In this document: piece after piece, positions 1-10,818 of the stretch | Layout of the letters: every line of letters begins with the position of its first letter | Position numbering within the stretch: position 1 is the first letter of the stretch | From: Neolecta irregularis DAH-3 | Lineage: Eukaryota | Assembly (NCBI GenBank): GCA_001929475.1 | Contig: LXFE01000257.1 | Location: 60,967-80,966, forward strand | Length of the DNA: 20,000 bases | Direction: 5' to 3' | Notes under the pieces: model-generated | Seen by the model: only the letters and a program-made list of their open reading frames with translations | Told to the model about the DNA's origin: nothing | Databases searched by the model: none | Translations under genes and position numbers: made by a program

Positions 1-1862
1 CTGTACGCCATCATGTTTCGTCTCTGATGATTCGAAAAATCTCTGAATTCCTCCTGTCTTAGTCTTTTTGAGCCCAGGTAGATGAAAAGATTCAGCTGTG
101 CGTTTCGCCAGTTTGGCTTCTTCGCCTTTTAATAAAAAGGCCTAAGTATCATTAAACAACACCGCCGCGACAATTCTTACGGAAATGCCTCTCACTCCAT
201 CTTCAGCGCCTTCAAACCCGGTGAGACCAACGCTCAACATCGTACAAGGGTAACAACCATTTTCACTTTCAAGAGATTTCATTAGACTGACCGCCAGATA
301 ACTCGTATAGTCAGCCGTCAATTCCTTCCCAATCGGAATTGGTGCTTGACGTGATTTGTTGGCTCTATTAATACCCCGCTAGCAATAAGTATGGCCATGG
401 GGAAGGAATATACATGATGAAGAGTAATAGTCTTAGGGCGCCTGGATAAGGGATCTTCGAGCAGTCTCGATGCAAGGTCAGCGGTCAATATGCGCATCCA
501 GCGTTCCTGCTTTTAAGTTTTCATTCAAACGGGATATTACCGCCTGCTCAATGTTGCCGATATTTGGTCGAAAATTCTTGGCGCTCATCATTGACTTGAT
601 CTGTGTTCGCGGGTTGACTAGCTGTCAATTACGCATGAGTCCATGACGAACCTTCGGAATAATCAATGCCTCTTGAAATGGAATAAACCCAGGGCCCAGT
701 TTCTAGGCCGAGTTTTCCTCGCAGTTCGTCAACGGAAAACCTCCTTTCACTGAGTCGGGGTCCGACACCAATACATGTACCAAAGCTCTCGACATAATTC
801 GGTATTCAAAGATTCAGACACTTGCTCCCCCAGTTTCCCGCCCAAGTTACGAATTTTGGTGAACTTTAAATCAGCCAAAAATCCCATAACTGCTCGATCG
901 CGGATAATGGTCTGCAATTAGCCCGATAATTGCGAGCGTGCTACCTGTTGATTCGGTTTCCGATAGGCAGAGCAAAGTTTAGCCAGCATTTTGTTCTTCG
1001 CAACGCCTGCTGAACAGGTATATTTAAGCTCTTTGAGAACGTGCAAACGTATATCTCTAACGATTTCGGCGCCAATCTGCAGACAGATATCATCCCAATC
1101 AGGAGGACCTTCCTCTGACTCCTCTTGTGACAGAGGAATTAGAGTGCCATGATCATCGATCCAATTACATGCAAGAGGAAGAGGAAGGTTGCAGGAGGCG
1201 TCGCCGTCGGGAGGAAAGGCTAGATAGGGGTACCTGTCTAGTAATTTTTCCCTAACAAGAGTAGAGAGATCAAGAAAAGATTCTGGGGTGATCAACTCAT
1301 GTTCAGCGGCTGGAGTATGTACCGTCTACAGAAGCCTTCTCTGAAAGTGAGATATTGTATTAGCGGAGATGCAGTACCAACAGTATCGCAGTGCTGTCGG
1401 AAAATCTCGAGAATCTTCCTTCCCTCTCGGCGATAAGGATCCAGAGAGACTACGCATGAGAAAGAGCACGAACCCCAAGGCACCTTTGTGGGTGGCCATA
1501 TCGGGATTCAGATGATAGTGAGGCTTAACCTGGTCCTCCTTCCAAGTTTGGACATGCTGAAGAACCAGATGAGGACATTTCAGTAGCGCAGACTCGATGG
1601 TCTCATGGCGTGTCAACCCAAAAGCTCGGGCTGGGTAGTTGACCGCAATTATGCTGCGCCATTGCTGTACTGCCAATGGGGTATCAGGGGATAGCTGCAG
1701 GCGAACAAGCTCGACTTGTGAGTAAAAAGCGTCAAGATCGATATGGGCAATCACGCGCAGTGGCGAATCTCGGGCAGGTGCACGCATAGCGGCTGGCGCT
1801 AGATGGCGGAACGAAAAACGCGACGTCGCTGTTGCTGCCCAGCTGGATGGTGGTAAAGACAT
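1..1862 (-). CDS. RAD30: DNA polymerase eta (Y-family translesion polymerase); 3' end runs off the window
   Basis: Motifs RVIAHIDLDAFY, PLAVQQW, IIAVNYPARAFG, EKASVDESFLDLS, YTCSAGVAKNKMLAKL, IRNLGGKLG, IKSMMSAKNF. Inferred introns (+ coords): 1450-1483, 1341-1377, 1283-1322, 912-944, 744-780, 618-651, 507/510-540, 379-413, 142-180. Confidence 0.95.
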
Positions 1863-2213
1863 CGCTGGAGAGGTGTTTGCGACTTGGAGTGATAGGGCAT
1901 CTATAGTACCTATTAATGCACAGTGAATGCTTCACAGTAGACGCGATGAATGCGCACTAAACAATGACAGCAGAACACAGGTATGTTCAGGTAGGTGAGG
2001 CCTTGATGAGAATCCTGAGACTGGCACCGGTCTAGTATTGTTTAAATGTGATGGGTTGTAATGGGATAGTGTAGCAGAAGGGATGGACTGATAGTGTGTA
2101 TATGCAATATGTAGTTGGATTGGCGGATGGTAGTGGGGATAGGGTCGTGATTCTTGATGGGACAGTCTATGGGATAGAGTAGGGTAGGGTTGTAGGATAA
2201 GATACGATGAACA

Positions 2214-2287
2214 GGATGGTGGATGGTGGATGGTAAATGAAATAGAATTGTGGTGGTAGATGGTAAATGAGATAGGATGTGGTGGTA
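2214..2287 (+). repeat. Low-complexity tandem repeats in the divergent RAD30/VAC8 intergenic region
   Basis: (GGATGGT)x3 at 2214-2234, overlapping two ~30-bp units gatggtaaatga(a/g)atag..tgtggtggta at 2229-2258 and 2259-2287. Confidence 0.75.
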
Positions 2288-2550
2288 GTTGGGGATGAGG
2301 TCGTTTGCAGGGGACCATGCAGAAGCTGCATGTATGCGCGTGTTGCTGCCCGCGCCCCACTCCACCACCTTTGTCGTTCCTTGCACTGCCCTTCCATTGT
2401 CCTTGTCTGCTATCGCTCCCCTCCCCTCCCCTCCCTTTCCTGCCTGTCTGATTTCTTCCCTCTGACACTCCATCCATTTTCTCTTGCTCTTCCCGGACAA
2501 CCTTCCTTCGGAGTCTTATCATCAGGCCTCGTCGACTCCCATCACCCTCC

Positions 2551-4530
2551 ATGGGTAACTGGTGTTCCAACTGTTGCGGTCGTATTAACCTGCTCGCCAG
2601 TTTCATTGCTGACCTTTAAGGACAGTCGCAGTCTGGACTATACGAACCGCTGCTCCAAGACAACGAACGTGAAGCTGTTGCTGATCTCCTACAATATCTC
2701 GAAAACGTATCTCATCCCTTGTCTGTCTGACGTGTTAATCCTGTAGCGTAATGAGACGGACTTTTTTAGCTCGGAACCTCTGAGAGCCCTAACGACTCTG
2801 GTATATTCGGAGAACGTTGACTTGCAACGGAGCGCTGCACTAGCATTCGCTGAAATCACCGAAAAAGGCATGTCCACTTCAATGTGCCATCTTGAATTGT
2901 ATAGATGTCAAAGAAGTTACTAGAGACGCCTTGGAACCAATTCTCTTCTTACTTCAGAGCTCAGATATGGAAGTCCAAAGAGCAGCTAGTGCAGCTCTGG
3001 GCAATCTTGCGGTTAACAGTACCCTCGATCCAAAGCTATTATCTAACTGCCAGCCGAGAACAAGGTTCTAATCGTGCGCTTGGGAGGTCTTGATCCATTG
3101 ATCCGTCAAATGATGTCGAGTAACGTCGAGGTTCAATGCAACGCTGTAGGCTGTATAACAAACTTGGCTACGCATGGTATCTCAGATCCACCAAGTATAT
3201 GCTCATCTCCAAGATGAGAATAAGTCGAGAGTTGCTCGTTCTGGTGCCTTAGGACCTCTCACGAAGCTCTCAAAATCCAAGGATCTTCGAGTGCAGCGGA
3301 ACGCCACTGGCGCCTTACTCAATATGACACACTCTGACGAGAATCGACAGCAGCTTGTCAATGCTGGAGCTATCCCGGTTCTTGTTTCGTTGTTATCTTC
3401 AACAGATACGGACGTACAATACTATTGTACCACAGCGCTAAGCAATATCGCCGTGGACGCCACAAATCGTAAAAAACTTGCAGCATCGGAACCGCGTCTT
3501 GTGCAAGCGCTTGTCAGTCTCATGGATGTACAAAGTCCAAAAGTCCAATGTCAAGCTGCTCTAGCCCTGAGAAACCTAGCTTCAGATGGTCCGAATAAGC
3601 CAGACGTAGCAAGCTGACCGCCTAGAGAAATATCAAATCGACATCGTCCGGTCTAATGGTCTTCCAGCTCTCCTCCGATTACTTCAGTCGGCATATCTAC
3701 CTCTTGTATTATCTAGCGTCGCTTGTATCAGGAACATCTCCATTCATCCTCTAAATGAATCTCCTATCATCGATGCCGGATTCCTTCGACCACTCGTGGA
3801 CCTTCTCTCGAATACAGACAATGAAGAAATCCAGTGCCACAGTATCTCTACTTTACGAAATCTTGCTGCTTCATCTGAGAAAAATAAACGCGCAATTGTT
3901 GAAGCTGAAGCTGTCCAAAAATGTAAGGAGTTGCTGATGCATGTGCCATTGAGCGTCCAAAGCGAAATGACTGCCTGTATAGCCGTTTTAGCTTTGAGCG
4001 GTATATATTTTGCCATCAACTACTTACAGCAGATGAACTGAAGGGACATTTGCTCAATCTCGGTATTTGCCATTCACTTATTCCCTTGACGGACTCTGAA
4101 AGCGTTGAAGTTCAGGGCAACAGCGCTGCTGCGCTTGGAAATCTCTCATCGAAGGGCATAATAGAATGATTGATATTCTCTGACATGTGTAGTTGATGAT
4201 TACACTCCATTTTTAGAAGTCTGGGAATCTCCTGCTGGAGGAATATATGGCTATCTTCGGAGGTTTCTAGATAGTGATGACATCACCTTCCAGCATATTG
4301 CTGTATGGACTCTGCTGCAATTACTCGAAGCAAAAGGTGCATGACTAGTTCGTTCTACAATACTAATAATAGATCCGAAACTCGACAGCGTTGTTAGGCA
4401 AAGCTCTGAAATACTTTCATGTATCAAAAATATCGCCTCTCGAGATCTGCCCAGTATGGAAGACAGTGACAACGGCGAAACAGAAGTGATCAATCTCTCT
4501 CGAAAAGCCTTGGAATTGCTCTCTCAATAA
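2551..4530 (+). CDS. VAC8: Vacuolar armadillo-repeat protein Vac8, 10 exons
   Basis: MGNWCSNCC (myristoylation/palmitoylation N-terminus), [23 protein letters not shown], and ARM repeats [57 protein letters not shown]. Introns: 2579-2620, 2707-2746, 2868-2904 (GC-AG), 3019-3053, 3177-3213, 3589-3625, 4001-4032, 4156-4192 (GC-AG), 4337-4372. Stop TAA 4528-4530. Confidence 0.97.
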
Positions 4531-5160
4531 TTTATACACGTTGTCACATGTGCTATTTTTCCTGTTTTCTTTGCTCTTTTGGTCGAGGCGGATACAGTCT
4601 GGAGTAAAATCTAATCTTGAGGAAGGTCTGGTTTTCGGCGACGGGTTGCTCAGGATTCATTTATTTCATTCCGCCTTTCAATTCATTTTCAATACCATTG
4701 GTGGCAGCAAAAGTTCTTTTCGCTTATTATGGATGCTTTTCTTTCCCGTACACGGCCAACAACAGATATGATTAAAATGAGGGCTGTGTTTCAGTATAAT
4801 AAAAATGTATTCTCGTGAACGTCGTTACTGATAGTAAAACAAACAACAATCATAGAACATGACAAGGCTTTTGGATATTTCCTGGTTTTATAAATTTCTC
4901 GACCTGTCTTAGCCACATTTGACGAGAAGCAGTAGTTTGGTAATGCGGTGATTGCGACTTATAGATTGGAAATCAACCAAGGATCAATGATAATATCAAG
5001 GATTGTTATTCCGAGGCAGGAAAAAGTTGTTCTTGGATTGTGGTAACGCCAATAAACAGGTCCATCTGTCGAGGCAAGAGCAATGATCTCTTTGAAGAAA
5101 TGGCTATATGTAACAAAGTAGATCCAGCCAACTAGAAATATAGAACCGCACAACTTTCGT

Positions 5161-5414
5161 CTATCGTGTCTATAATGATAAGAATAAGCACTCCCGGGGA
5201 TTTCAACTACCTTTGTGAATCCAATATCAGAAGCTCTTTCTCGAAAGCATTGACGGCAGATGAGGAGATCGTATTTTCGGATTAAACCGGCGACGTGAGC
5301 GCAAACTCGACTATGCTAGTCAAAATCGATCGACAGACAGGGAAAAATATACCATTGGCGAGAATCCTTCCCGTAAGTTCTAGGGCGGCTGAAAATCAAA
5401 CTATTCTTTGACAT
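5161..5414 (-). CDS. RPS29: 40S ribosomal protein S29 (uS14), 56 aa
   Basis: Not in the ORF track. Spliced translation [56 protein letters not shown] with the CxxC...CxxC zinc finger. Introns 5311-5352 and 5170-5210. Confidence 0.93.
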
Positions 5415-5579
5415 GCGGAGCGATATGTGTCGAGATGAGCGACTTTTGGTGGTGAAGCGGACGACGGGACTGGTGTTCGCTGTCTACCTTAATTAGCGGT
5501 CATTTTTCTTAACGTTGTCTTAATTAAGTGCAACTAACGTCCATGTGAGACTTCTCCCATTTGGAAGCTAGCTTTTAGC

Positions 5580-5976
5580 ATGGTAAGTGGTCTTATTCTT
5601 ATTATTGTCCTTTCCTTCTGTTGATGGCCATGCTTAAGGATTCACAACGCTCTCATGTTCATTTCGTAAAACCTCGAATTGTCGACATAATGGATGACTG
5701 GGGAAACGATAGACTGCCAGATGAGGACATTGATGTGCCTTTGGCACACCAGCCAGCAAATCCAGATGATGATGATGTTGGTAGAAATATCCTTTCAAGC
5801 CCTCTTTCTGAATGACAGTACCAGATCAACACGCAATTCTTGGTATTCCTCGTGCCCAGAGACCTCCAGAACCAGCGTGGAGGGATCTAGGATTACAAGA
5901 GCTCATGTATCGAGGACCTGGAGTGGAGAAATCTCATCGATCGCCATACATTAAACAGTTATATCTTCCCCGATAG
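5580..5976 (+). CDS. APC13: Anaphase-promoting complex subunit Apc13/Swm1-like
   Basis: M|DSQRSHVHF...DDWGNDRLPDEDIDVP...PDDDDVVPDQHAILGI...EPAWRDLGL matches the remembered fungal Apc13 pattern. Introns 5583-5638 (GTAAGT donor directly after ATG; alternative unspliced starts at 5624/5630) and 5781-5818. Confidence 0.85.
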
Positions 5977-5986
5977 ACCGTTTTAT

Positions 5987-7409
5987 TTAATCGGCACTGT
6001 TCATTGTCATGCTACGAGTGCGAACACAGCGTCCCATTATCATTTCCAGTACTTTATGTAACTGTACGGGGTCAAATCTTCCACTACTGTCTGTCACACC
6101 AACGCACTGAATCCCATATTCCTTCAGGAGCAGTACATTCACAAGCGGCGGGGTCGACTTTCGAAGGTAGATAATATGAGTTATGAATTGGCGATATCCG
6201 AGATTTACGCTTGATTCTACATTTATCGATTGAAGACAAGCCTTGTGAATTGCTTTGACGAAATCAAATGCAGTAAACTTTGAACCAGGGCCGGTTTCGC
6301 GGTCAAGTGTTGAATTGAGGAGCAATATTTTACATCGAACAGATGTAGAAGTGGCTATTGCGTCGCCGATGCCAGATAATATCAGTGATGGTATTATACT
6401 ATATTTTAGAAGAACTTATATTGGTATTACCTTGTATAAAGCGAACCTATGCTGTAGATAATAGCATGTGCTCTATGAATAGCCTTGACAACTTTAGGAT
6501 TTGCGACCGGTTGTACTTCATGGCCGTAGACGTTGATATAGTATATCTTCTCCACAGGGGCATTTAATGGCTCCTCCTCTTGCTTGTTGAACATGATTGA
6601 AGGAGTACGTAATGATGGAAGAGAACCAGGCAGGAACGTGTCATCTTCTCCTGAACTTGCGTCACTGCTTTCTGCAATCTGATGGGATATCTGGGATTGT
6701 CCCGCAATTATTTCACCATTGGTCAATTTGGCAGCGATGTGCTGTGAAAAGTTTGAGTTGAGAATTGGTAATACTGCCGTTTTCTCTGGAATACCTGCAA
6801 TACTTGCGAATTGAAAGATTGCGCTTTCTAACGAACCAAAGAACTGCAGTTAGATGATTCCTCGTATAGCAATACTAGACGCGCTCCGCTCAAAAAGAAG
6901 TTCCCGATACTTCCATTTCTAAAATCGAATGGAAGCGACGGCCGAGATCGCTTTGAGATTTCTGCCTGTGTATGCGTCAGGAAACTCCGGATGACCTGTC
7001 TCTTCTCTGAAGACACCCCATTCCATACACTATATGAAAAAGAATCAATAAAATGCATAACATGGATGGATATACGGATGCAATCCCTCTATTAGATTCA
7101 ACCACTCATTCCGAGCATGAACTTTGTCCTCGGATGTTAAACGATGACCCAATAGATCCTTCAGGGCACTTTTCTCCCCTTTCTCATCTGGAATCAATCG
7201 GACAAGGCGAGACCGTATATCCCCAATGCCCATTCCTCCAATTACTCGCATGCTAGATATTTGGTTTTCAATCTTATATTACAGAGGTACATTTCACTCG
7301 TGGATCCTCCATTGTCACTGACTGGAATAACGTAGCTCACGTTCGATCCGAATGCAGAGACAATTGAATTCGCGGCGCTTCCACCTGAGAACACAAGGAT
7401 GTTTGACAT
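5987..7409 (-). CDS. UPF0052 / CofD-YvcK family protein (YNL011C/MEE18-like)
   Basis: MSNILVFSGGSAANS, VIPVSDNGGSTSEIMRVIGGMGIGDIRSRLVRL, FDFRNGSIGNFFLSGARLFFGSLESAI, IAGQSQISH, IIYSIGSLYTSIIPSLIL, LLNSTLDRET. Introns 7253-7290, 7030-7075, 6844-6875, 6399-6430. Confidence 0.9.
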
Positions 7410-7469
7410 TTCGATACTGAGGTGAAACCTGACTTTTGCCTATCCACCTCATAACCGACACTCGAACTG

Positions 7470-8742
7470 ATGATAGACCTTGCTCTTCACCGAATCGAAA
7501 ATCTTCTCTCACATCTTGGAAATCCACATTTGGTTCCCCAGATCGTTCATATTGCTGGGACAAATGGCAAGGGATCTGTGTGTGCGTATATCTCTTCAGT
7601 ATTAAAGTGCTCTGGGATTCGAACCGGCCGCTTTACGTCGCCTCATATGATCGATCGATGGGATTGTATCGCGATAAACGACAAGCCTGTCGAGAAAAAA
7701 GAGTTCTTGATTGCCGAAAAATTGGTAATGGATGTCAATATTGAAAATAACATAACTGCAACTAAATTCGAAGTTTTGACAGCAACAGCCTTCACCCTCT
7801 TGCGTGATACTGAAATTTCAGTTATCGAAGTTGGAATCGGCGGTAGATTAGATGCTACTAATGTGTTCCCACGGCCCGCAGTCACGGTTATCACCAAAAT
7901 CGGACTGGATCACCAGGGCACTCTAGGATCTACGATTAAAGAAATCGCATACGAGAAAGCAGGCATTATGAAGCCAGGAATAGATTGCGTGATAGACGGA
8001 ACGAACGAAGAGAGTGCTAAACGAATTTTTCGGAAGAAAGCAGATGAGCTGGGAGACGTAGAGATATACGAGACTTATAGAAAGAAGGATGGTACAGCTT
8101 CAACGATAGATGAATCAGTATCACTAAGGCCTTCACTCGCCGGTTTTCATCAGCCTCAGAATCTTTCTTGTGCACTTGCCGTCATCTCCTTGCTCCAAAA
8201 GAGATTTCCAAGACTGAATGCCGAAACAATCTGTCAAGGTATCGCAGAAACAACATGGCCCGGTCGCCTTCAATTGATCAATTTATCACACATTCATCCC
8301 AATGCTTCCAAAGTGCTTCTTGATGGTGCACACAACCCTCAAGCAGCATCGGAGCTAGGAAAGTATATCAATGGTCTCGGTGGAAGAACGGGTTGGATCG
8401 TTGGTATGGCCAGGGGAAAGGCAGTAGAGGAGATTCTCCGAATCTTGGTCAATTCGAGAGATATCTTGGCAGCAGTGGAGTTTGGAAAAGTGGATGGAAT
8501 GCCGTGGATTCAATGTGTCAAAGCAGAAGACATTTCTCGACATGTTCCTGAGGCAAAGGCTTTTGGGCATAAAGTTCGCGAAGCCATATCTTGGACTGCA
8601 GAACAGAAGGTGGACAATGTAGTCATATGTGGGAGCTTGTATCTCGTTGGAGAGGTTCTTCGAATGTCGAGAAATAAAACATCGGAAATGAATGGCATGA
8701 GGCCCCATATATTGTACAATCCCCTAACTCCAAGACATATAA
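7470..8742 (+). CDS. FOL3: Dihydrofolate synthase (FolC/FPGS family)
   Basis: MIDLALHRI, HIAGTNGKGS, GRFTSPH, TKFEVLTA, IEVGIGGRLDATNV, IGLDHQ..LG..IAYEKAGI, WPGRLQ, LLDGAHNP, VICGSLYLVG. The 3' end is predicted via a GC-AG intron 8695-8734 giving stop 8740-8742; the unspliced ORF runs to 8936. Confidence 0.9.
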
Positions 8743-9747
8743 TTATGCAATTTCGGATTCCTCCCTCGTCCGTATCTCCTGCTCCAAACGCTTCTTCTCG
8801 GCTTGCCGAAGACGCATCATTGTTATGCTCTCGTAATCTAGATTTGATAACGAAGATGGAGTCTCAATACCATTGTAAGGACCGGGAAAAGATGAAAATC
8901 CTGAAGATCCAGCTGTTTTTAGAACGCCTGGACTAAAGGAAAATTTCACTGCTGTCGGCTCTTTTTGGGATCCATTAGCCAAACCATCATTTTCGGTTGC
9001 TGGAGCAGTATTGTGAAAGGAAAGATCCGGTTCTCGACCATTTAACCATGATATATCTCGAATAAGACCAAAGGAAGAATCCGTTCGCTTATTGAGGAAT
9101 GCAGCATGAGCTGCTGCAATATCCTTGTAGACTATCAAAGCCGTTCGACCTTTCACCACGACGCTTTCTGTAGATCCAAATTTTTCAAATAGCTCTTTGA
9201 TGTTGACCTTTTCACCGTCGGTTCCCTTCTTCAGACGCACTTTGAGTGTACGATCATCTTCCGTAAACAGACTTGAAATGTTCAAATTCTTCTCTTCTTC
9301 TTTGGCGTCCCTTGACCCTCTTTCAGCCCTCAATACTTCCTCTCTTTTTCTCCGAAGTTGGGCACCTTCAGTCCGCAGCCTTTCTAGATGAACCTGGAAA
9401 TTGCGCTGTGCTTCATCGTAGTCACCTTTTTGCCGTTTAGCTGCCCCTTCCCTATTCTCGAGATCCTCCTTCATCTTACTTCTCTCAAAATCGTACATCT
9501 CCTCCCGTTTACGCTTAGCTTCTGCGGCTCTACGGGTTTGATCATATGTCGCTCGGGCAGCTGGATCCGAGAGAACATCATATGCAACTTGTAATAAATG
9601 AAACCTCTCGATTGCAGTTGGGTCCTTGGTCTTGTCGGGATGATATCGAAGGGCAGTTTTTCGAAATGCTCGATCGAGATCTTTCTGAACAGCATTTAGA
9701 TCGAGATTCAACAATTTATAATAGTCCTCTTTTCCATCCAATGTCAT
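8743..9747 (-). CDS. CWC23: Spliceosomal J-domain protein Cwc23/Cwf23 (DNAJC17-like), intronless
   Basis: N-terminal J domain (DYYKLL...RKTALRYHPDK...AYDVLSD), coiled coil KMKEDLENRE, RRM-like DRTLKVR...ELFEKFG, C-terminal DYESITMMRLRQAEKKRLEQEIR. Confidence 0.9.
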   Translation of the reverse strand: MTLDGKEDYYKLLNLDLNAVQKDLDRAFRKTALRYHPDKTKDPTAIERFHLLQVAYDVLSDPAARATYDQTRRAAEAKRKREEMYDFERSKMKEDLENREGAAKRQKGDYDEAQRNFQVHLERLRTEGAQLRRKREEVLRAERGSRDAKEEEKNLNISSLFTEDDRTLKVRLKKGTDGEKVNIKELFEKFGSTESVVVKGRTALIVYKDIAAAHAAFLNKRTDSSFGLIRDISWLNGREPDLSFHNTAPATENDGLANGSQKEPTAVKFSFSPGVLKTAGSSGFSSFPGPYNGIETPSSLSNLDYESITMMRLRQAEKKRLEQEIRTREESEIA

Positions 9748-9910
9748 GTTCGATGGATAGTTTCAGATGTGAGAGTTGCTGGAATTGCCGCTAATAATGC
9801 AGGTATAAACGTCGTTAATTATGTTCAAAACTTCGGCACTTCTCAGAGAAACTCGTCTCAGGCTTTTTGATTCTACTTCATTCGGTCACATCTATCTAAC
9901 CCTACCGGAT

Positions 9911-10573
9911 ATGTTGATTTACAAAGATGTTATCTCTGGCGATGAGATGCTTTCTGATGCGTATCCGCTGTCAGTTCTACATTTTTTCTAGCTGCGCTGA
10001 TCTTTGACAGCAAGGAAGTTGATGATGTTGTGTACGAGGTTGACTGCTCCATGGTCGTGGTTAAAGAAGGCAATGTTGATATTGGTAATGCGTTGTATTC
10101 AGCTGCCTATTTTGATGTATTATAGGTGCTAACCCCTCCGCCGAAGATGCCGATGAGGCTCTCGAAGACAACGCGCAAACGGTGAACAACATTGCCCATG
10201 CTTTCCGGTTGCAAGCCACCAGCTTTGACAAGAAATCGTTCTTAACCTACCTCAAGTCTTATATGAAGGCAGTCAAAGCCTACTTGCAAAAAGATAATCC
10301 AGACCGTGTTGCAGTCTTTGAGAAAAATGCTGCCGCTTTTGCAAAGAAAATTGTTGCAAATTTCAAGGATTACGAATTTTACACAGGTGAAAGCATGGAC
10401 GTATATCATTTACAAAAGTCATCCTATATTTACGGATAGACCGATGGAATGATTGCTCTTTTGAACTACCGGGTTGACGGTTTTACTCCATACTTTATCT
10501 TTTGGAAGGATGGTTTGAAGGAAGAAAAAATGGCATGCCTTGCATTTCAGATTCAACTGATATGTTTTAGTAA
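9911..10573 (+). CDS. TMA19: Translationally controlled tumor protein (TCTP) homolog
   Basis: [83 protein letters not shown]. Introns 9970-10010, 10085-10125, 10401-10439, 10533-10570 (GC-AG, followed directly by TAA). Confidence 0.96.
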
Positions 10574-10818
10574 GGTAGCATTATACTGCAAAGCGCTAGG
10601 TACTTGGGTCGATTTTTTGTCCAGATAATCCTCTGAAATTACTCTCGGCTCTGCAAATAGATATGCCTATTCTATTCCCAAACGCCAATTCAGTCATTTC
10701 AACATCAAGCTCAAAAAAGCCCGTCTCGATTAGGAAGCTGAAGACCTCCATTCCTTGAATGATGAAAGGATACCCGATGATGACATTTACATTCCTTAAC
10801 AGCAGATGTATAGTAATC

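Noticed and set aside
1-141. Pol eta-Eco1 fusion (S. pombe eso1 type)
   Set aside because: The gene runs off the window before any C-terminal domain, so this cannot be assessed.
1932-2746. ORFs of 224, 152 and 155 aa in the RAD30/VAC8 spacer
   Set aside because: Low-complexity H/P/S-rich translations of skewed repeats, with no family motifs.
4531-5160. Short ORFs (4541-4771 +, 4959-5153 -) in the 630-bp convergent gap
   Set aside because: Non-ATG starts and no recognisable motifs. Most simply 3' UTRs, though a small gene cannot be excluded.
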